A stretch of DNA of 39,838 nucleotides from a virus. Lineage: Duplodnaviria > Caudoviricetes. The stretch is taken from IMG/VR virus record IMGVR_UViG_3300033417_000028, positions 1-39,838 of that record; one strand, given 5' to 3'. A model generated the notes under the pieces. The model was not told where the DNA came from, did not search any database, and saw only the letters and a list, made by a program, of their open reading frames with translations. Position 1 is the stretch's first letter, and the number at the start of each line of letters is the position of its first letter. Shown here piece after piece: positions 35,367 to 39,838 of this stretch. The translations under genes were made by a program, and so were the position numbers.

Positions 35367-38285
35367 ATGAAAAAAATACTATTATTATCGCTGTTATTAT
35401 TGGCCGAAATTGGCTACTCTCAAAGACAAGTACCAAGGGGTGGTGACGCAGGGCAAACGTTAGAGGTAGGCTCTGACGGTTATAGCTTGGAGTGGGGGAC
35501 TCCCTTTTCAGGGTGGTCATTGACGGGGAATGACACGATAGACTCAACAGCTAACTTCATAGGCACTTTAGACGACAACCCATTTATTATTCGAACGAAT
35601 GACACCGAAAAGATAAGGGTAATGTCAGGGGGTAATATTGGCATAGGCACTCCTTCGCCTACGAATGATTTAAGTTTTGGCAACTCCAAGGATAGGACTA
35701 TATGGGTAGAAAGCACGGATTCATTAACCAATGGCAGAGGTCTCAGCATTATGGCTGGAAGTACTTCGGAAGGTGGAAGCGCTGGTGACTTCATTGCTCT
35801 CGGACAAACAAGTAGGAGTTGGATTGGCATGGCTGCTGCGCCTAATGGCAACGTGTATGCTTGTGTTTCGGGTGGCGACATCTACATGCAGACTGGCGGC
35901 GCTGGTGACTTCATTGCTCTCGGACAAACAAGTAGGAGTTGGCATGGCATGGCTGCTGCGCCTAATGGTGATGTGTATGCTTGTGTTTTTGGCGGCGACA
36001 TATACATGCAAACGGGCGGCGCTGGTGACTTCATTGCTCTCGGACAAACAAGTAGGAATTGGACTGGCATGGCTGCTGCGCCTAATGGTGATGTGTATGC
36101 TTGTGTTGTTTTTGGCGACATCTACATGCAAACGGGCGGCGCTGGTGACTTCATTGCTCTCGGACAAACAAGTAGGGATTGGTTTGGCATGGCTGCTGCG
36201 CCTAATGGCAACGTGTATGCTTGTGTTTCGGGTGGCGACATCTACATGCAGACTGGCGGCGCTGGTGACTTCATTGCTCTCGGACAAACAAGTAGGAATT
36301 GGATTGGCATGGCTGCTGCGCCTAATGGTGATGTATATGCCCCCATCATTGCTGGCGACATATACATGCAAACGGGCGGCGCTGGTGACTTCATTGCTCT
36401 CGGACAAACAAGTAGGAATTGGCGAGGCATGGCCGCTGCGCCTAATGGTGATGTATATGCCCCCGTCGTTGCTGGCGACATATACATTCAAGAAGCATTC
36501 AACAAATCTGGCGGCAACTTAACATTGTCAGCAGGGCGAAGCAATGGTGCTGGCGAATCCAATATTTACTTCCAAACTTCACCACCATCGACGGCTGGCG
36601 ATACCTCTTTGAACGCCCTCTACACGCAGATGACAATAGTAGGTAGTGGAAATGTAGGCATAGGGACGACATCGCCAACCGAAAAACTAGAAGTAGTAGG
36701 AGGAGTAAAATCAGACTCTATAATTATTGGAGATACAAAAATGCTGGAGAGCAGCATTACTGCTGACTCATTTATGATAGTGTCTTCGAAAAGTTATTTG
36801 TCTGAAACGCCTCCCGATAATGACAGTAGCAATAAGATAGCTACAACTGGATATGTTGACAGAACTGCTCAGGGTATTTACGACTCATTAACGCTTACCC
36901 CCCCTTACTATGGCGATCAAATTGATTGGGCTGGTACGGGCAATAACTTTATTACGACCGATGTATCTTTACAAATAAAAACAGATAAAACGACAACAAA
37001 TTCCAATATAAAAATTGATTCGGCAACAATTAATTCGAACATTACTAAAGGGGTGCGAGAGTCTTACATTGACCACAAGTTTGACCGGATAACAATATAT
37101 CCGGACTCTATTTTAGCAATTGGAGGAGACGTGTTTAACGCATCTACAACATCCGGATTAACAGGTCTCTACTACGACGATAATGTAGGCGCTCAGGTTT
37201 TTGGGGATCAGATTCAATTTTTTACTAACAGTTTTAATGCTGAGATGCACATCGTGGATAGCGATGGTTCGATCAAGGTTAGAGCCGACACAGTTCAGAT
37301 AGACATCCCATCCAAGGGCGATGGTAAGGTGCTTACATCTGATAGCGACGGGGGTGCTTCTTGGCAGGATCCTGTTCTTTATACTCCACCCTATTACGAG
37401 GATAGCATTTCTTATTCTGGCGATGCTACTGTGTCTGCCGATGATTTTACTTTAGAGACTGATAATTTCACTTTAGAGGCTGTGGACGACATTAGTATGT
37501 ATGCTGCCGACACATTCAACATTGTTGGTGATGCTGATCTTTATTTATATGGTTCATTAGGTGTTAGAATAAATACTCCTATAGGTGCTATGACTATTAC
37601 GTCATACACAAATATGAGTTTGAGTACTTCGCAAGGTGATTTAAACTTATCTACAGGGAATATTCTCAATGTTACCGCAGATTCTTTTTTACTTACCAAT
37701 GTTCCTACACCTCCTTTAGGGGATAGTACAAAAAAGGTGGCAACAACCGCATACGTGGACAGGGCGACGGCTACCGCAACATATCCAACATCATGGTCAT
37801 TAACAAGCACCATCACAATAGGGGCTGTAACCACCCCTCCAACAAAAGCGACAACGGTAGAAAATGATTTTGTTAGGTATAGGACTAAAGAGCCTGCGAT
37901 AGGTTCTAATACGGAATTGATTGAGGTTGATTATATGTACTCTTCATCTTCTAGTGCAGGAGCAGCAGGAGGAAGTGGTAACTATTTATTTGAATTGCCA
38001 AACGGATATGAGTTCAACTCTACTGAACATCCTGTTTATACAGGAACTACAGACCTTTCTGGAGGCAGTACTTCAATCTACGCTATCGACAGAGGCAAGC
38101 CACAAGGGATGATTTTTGGAGATGGGTTCTATGATTTGGTGCTAATAGTTCCTTACGATGCGACCCATTTTAGAATTATATCATTGGGCGGCAATGCCTC
38201 CGACGAGTGGGTGGGTAGCGGCTGGTATCCAATTACACAAAACACGAAAGTAATGTCTTTTAAATTTACATTTTATAAACAATAA
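35367..38285 (+). CDS. Tail fibre/adhesin-like protein with signal peptide and six 40-aa repeats
   Basis: MKKILLLSLLLLAEIGYSQ; GN(I/V)GIGT.SP, GKVLTSD..G.ASW and K(I/V)ATT(G/A)YVD fibre motifs. Confidence 0.75.
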   Translation: MKKILLLSLLLLAEIGYSQRQVPRGGDAGQTLEVGSDGYSLEWGTPFSGWSLTGNDTIDSTANFIGTLDDNPFIIRTNDTEKIRVMSGGNIGIGTPSPTNDLSFGNSKDRTIWVESTDSLTNGRGLSIMAGSTSEGGSAGDFIALGQTSRSWIGMAAAPNGNVYACVSGGDIYMQTGGAGDFIALGQTSRSWHGMAAAPNGDVYACVFGGDIYMQTGGAGDFIALGQTSRNWTGMAAAPNGDVYACVVFGDIYMQTGGAGDFIALGQTSRDWFGMAAAPNGNVYACVSGGDIYMQTGGAGDFIALGQTSRNWIGMAAAPNGDVYAPIIAGDIYMQTGGAGDFIALGQTSRNWRGMAAAPNGDVYAPVVAGDIYIQEAFNKSGGNLTLSAGRSNGAGESNIYFQTSPPSTAGDTSLNALYTQMTIVGSGNVGIGTTSPTEKLEVVGGVKSDSIIIGDTKMLESSITADSFMIVSSKSYLSETPPDNDSSNKIATTGYVDRTAQGIYDSLTLTPPYYGDQIDWAGTGNNFITTDVSLQIKTDKTTTNSNIKIDSATINSNITKGVRESYIDHKFDRITIYPDSILAIGGDVFNASTTSGLTGLYYDDNVGAQVFGDQIQFFTNSFNAEMHIVDSDGSIKVRADTVQIDIPSKGDGKVLTSDSDGGASWQDPVLYTPPYYEDSISYSGDATVSADDFTLETDNFTLEAVDDISMYAADTFNIVGDADLYLYGSLGVRINTPIGAMTITSYTNMSLSTSQGDLNLSTGNILNVTADSFLLTNVPTPPLGDSTKKVATTAYVDRATATATYPTSWSLTSTITIGAVTTPPTKATTVENDFVRYRTKEPAIGSNTELIEVDYMYSSSSSAGAAGGSGNYLFELPNGYEFNSTEHPVYTGTTDLSGGSTSIYAIDRGKPQGMIFGDGFYDLVLIVPYDATHFRIISLGGNASDEWVGSGWYPITQNTKVMSFKFTFYKQ
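35781..36488 (+). repeat. 120-bp tandem repeat x6 (likely beta-propeller blades)
   Basis: Units start at 35781, 35901, 36021, 36141, 36261 and 36381. Confidence 0.95.
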
Positions 38286-38289
38286 TTAT

Positions 38290-38631
38290 ATGGGAGAAGA
38301 AAAAAATCAAGTTGAGAAAATTTTAAAAACAGTAAAAAATAATTATCAATTCCCACTTCCGAAGGGGTACGAATTTAACCCTTCAAATTCACCTTTAAAA
38401 AACAATAATATGTCAGCAACTATACTTCACTTTAACGGCGATTTGCCTTTTTTCAGAATAAACGGAAATCCTAACGCAGAGGCAGCGGCGATAACGGCTG
38501 CATTGCAATCAATGATTAACAGCACCACTATACCTTTCGGTTCACGGGCTATAGATGACAACGGAGACGAGTATAAATATATCAATACTGGTGGCGGCAT
38601 GTGGAGACGAGTTACTGTCGGTGCATTTTAA
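38290..38631 (+). CDS. Hypothetical protein (start may be 38410)
   Basis: ORF after the fibre gene. Confidence 0.55.
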   Translation: MGEEKNQVEKILKTVKNNYQFPLPKGYEFNPSNSPLKNNNMSATILHFNGDLPFFRINGNPNAEAAAITAALQSMINSTTIPFGSRAIDDNGDEYKYINTGGGMWRRVTVGAF

Positions 38632-38662
38632 TTTAACATTTTTTAGAAACCAATTTAAAATT

Positions 38663-38923
38663 ATGGAGACAAACTCATGCCATCCGCACCCGATAGTGAA
38701 TATGATGATGGTGATTACGTTAGCTGTGTTGGGAGAGGCGGCAGGATTCATGGAGGCTCACAATGACGTGCTATCTGTTATCTCCTTTCTTTTTCAGATG
38801 TTCGCATGGGGAGGGGCAGGAGTAATAGGAATTGTATCTGTTTTGAAATATCTTCAAGATACTGGCTGGATTAATATGAAGAAAAAGAAAAAAGGAATTA
38901 AAGATTATTCCGAAAAAGCTTAA
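38663..38923 (+). CDS. Putative holin
   Basis: Two hydrophobic helices and a lysine-rich C-terminus; upstream of the endolysin. Confidence 0.6.
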   Translation: METNSCHPHPIVNMMMVITLAVLGEAAGFMEAHNDVLSVISFLFQMFAWGGAGVIGIVSVLKYLQDTGWINMKKKKKGIKDYSEKA

Positions 38924-38933
38924 AAAAGAAAAA

Positions 38934-39344
38934 ATGAATTTAATTTTAAACAGGAAATACTTCAATGAAGAATGCACAATAGGGCAACTGTCTGTTGATG
39001 GTGAATATTTCTGCTACACCCTTGAAGACGTGGTGCGCCCTACTGGTCTTAAGGTACATGGAGAAACGGCTATCCCGGAAGGGGAGTATGAAGTAACGAT
39101 AACGGTGTCTCCAAAATTCAAAAGGGAAATGCCTTTACTTTTAGGTGTTGAAGGATTTGAGGGGGTGAGGATACATACAGGCAATAGCGCAGCAGATACA
39201 CATGGTTGCATTTTAGTGGGAAAGGAGAAATATTCAGACACACGTATAGGCAACTGCGCCGTCATTTATAATGAACTGTTTTCAAAAATAAAAGAGGCAA
39301 TAAAACAAGGGGAGGAAGTCACTTTAGAAATTATAAATCAATAA
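38934..39344 (+). CDS. DUF5675-family putative endolysin
   Basis: TIGQL...YTLED...AIPEGEY...IHTGN...DTHGCILVG. Confidence 0.8.
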   Translation: MNLILNRKYFNEECTIGQLSVDGEYFCYTLEDVVRPTGLKVHGETAIPEGEYEVTITVSPKFKREMPLLLGVEGFEGVRIHTGNSAADTHGCILVGKEKYSDTRIGNCAVIYNELFSKIKEAIKQGEEVTLEIINQ

Positions 39345-39351
39345 ACGTACA

Positions 39352-39534
39352 ATGGAAAAGTTAGAACTGTTAAAGCTGGCCTCTAAGGTGGTAAAGGCAA
39401 TGTCTTTAACCGCTACCGGTAGCGCTGTTATGTCTGGGGCGAACCCTTGGATTACACTTTTAATTCTTTGTATTGGAGCTGGCGCAGATGCGATTTTATC
39501 ATACCTGAAAGAAAAAGAAAACGCTAAAGTCTAA
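39352..39534 (+). CDS. Small membrane protein (lysis module)
   Basis: 60 aa with hydrophobic segments, between endolysin and patatin. Confidence 0.6.
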   Translation: MEKLELLKLASKVVKAMSLTATGSAVMSGANPWITLLILCIGAGADAILSYLKEKENAKV

Positions 39535-39838
39535 ATGATAGATCCGTCAAAGATAAGATTTGTCTGCTCTAAAGGAGGAGGTGTTCGCATTGCCGCTTAT
39601 GCCGGTGCAGCTATTTATCTTGACGACATTGGCGTATTGAAAAAGGTAGAAGGATTTGCCGGCACAAGCGCCGGAGCTATATTCTCTACCCTTGCCGCCC
39701 TGGGGTATTCCGGGTATGAGATAAGAGATATTATTTTAGACTACGACTTCAAAAAGTTTGAAGATAAAACACTTGGAAGTATTCTAACGTATCCTAGAGA
39801 TTTTGGGTATTGCAAAGGCGATTACTTCCTTAATGTGA
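39535..39838 (+). CDS. Patatin-like phospholipase, N-terminal part (continues across the origin to 687; ~287 aa total)
   Basis: MIDPSKIRFVCSKGGGVRIAAYAG...FAGTSAGA contains the GGGxR oxyanion loop and the GxSxG nucleophile motif. Confidence 0.9.
   Translation, partial: MIDPSKIRFVCSKGGGVRIAAYAGAAIYLDDIGVLKKVEGFAGTSAGAIFSTLAALGYSGYEIRDIILDYDFKKFEDKTLGSILTYPRDFGYCKGDYFLNV
39712..39838. repeat. Second copy of the 127-bp terminal repeat
   Basis: Identical to 1-127. Confidence 0.95.

Noticed and set aside
35781-36488. Diversity-generating retroelement
   Set aside because: No reverse transcriptase or separate template repeat was found in the closed genome. Many adenines, such as CCTAATGG, are invariant in all units, and the CGA/TCG variants do not fit. 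A trans-acting DGR is not fully excluded.
35724-36522. Long alternative-frame and antisense ORFs over the repeats (also 7112-7489)
   Set aside because: Shadow ORFs produced by stop-free tandem repeats.
38290-38409. NYQFPLPKGYEFN resembling NYLFELPNGYEFN in the fibre C-terminus, as a swap cassette
   Set aside because: Short protein-level match with weak DNA identity and no recombinase; at most a relic.

Overview
This is a complete, circularly assembled ~39.7-kb siphovirus-like dsDNA phage genome. The first and last 127 nt are identical and split a patatin gene. The host is probably Bacteroidota, judging by TAnnTTTG promoter boxes and A-rich, SD-less leaders. The left arm (- strand) holds small early/accessory genes, an HNH nuclease, RecT and a C5-cytosine MTase. 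The right arm (+ strand) holds VRR-NUC, a replication initiator, an SF4 helicase, ParB plus a TET/JBP-like oxygenase, terminases, an inverted portal, HK97-type head genes, tail genes and a lysis module ending in a patatin. No integrase, repressor or reverse transcriptase was recognised. The main find is two arrays (1591-3659 and 9822-11789) of integron-like gene cassettes separated by attC-like TAAC...GTTA hairpins. In six of the seven site-bounded segments the two ends of the same segment are exact complements, often extending into 20-30 bp terminal inverted repeats. One hairpin carries a whole gene in its loop and one cassette carries the DNA MTase. Other signals are dif-like sites, a nested alternative-frame MTase subunit, paired antisense/attenuator elements, a repeated palindromic operator, and hypervariable 120-bp repeats in a signal-peptide-bearing fibre-like protein.
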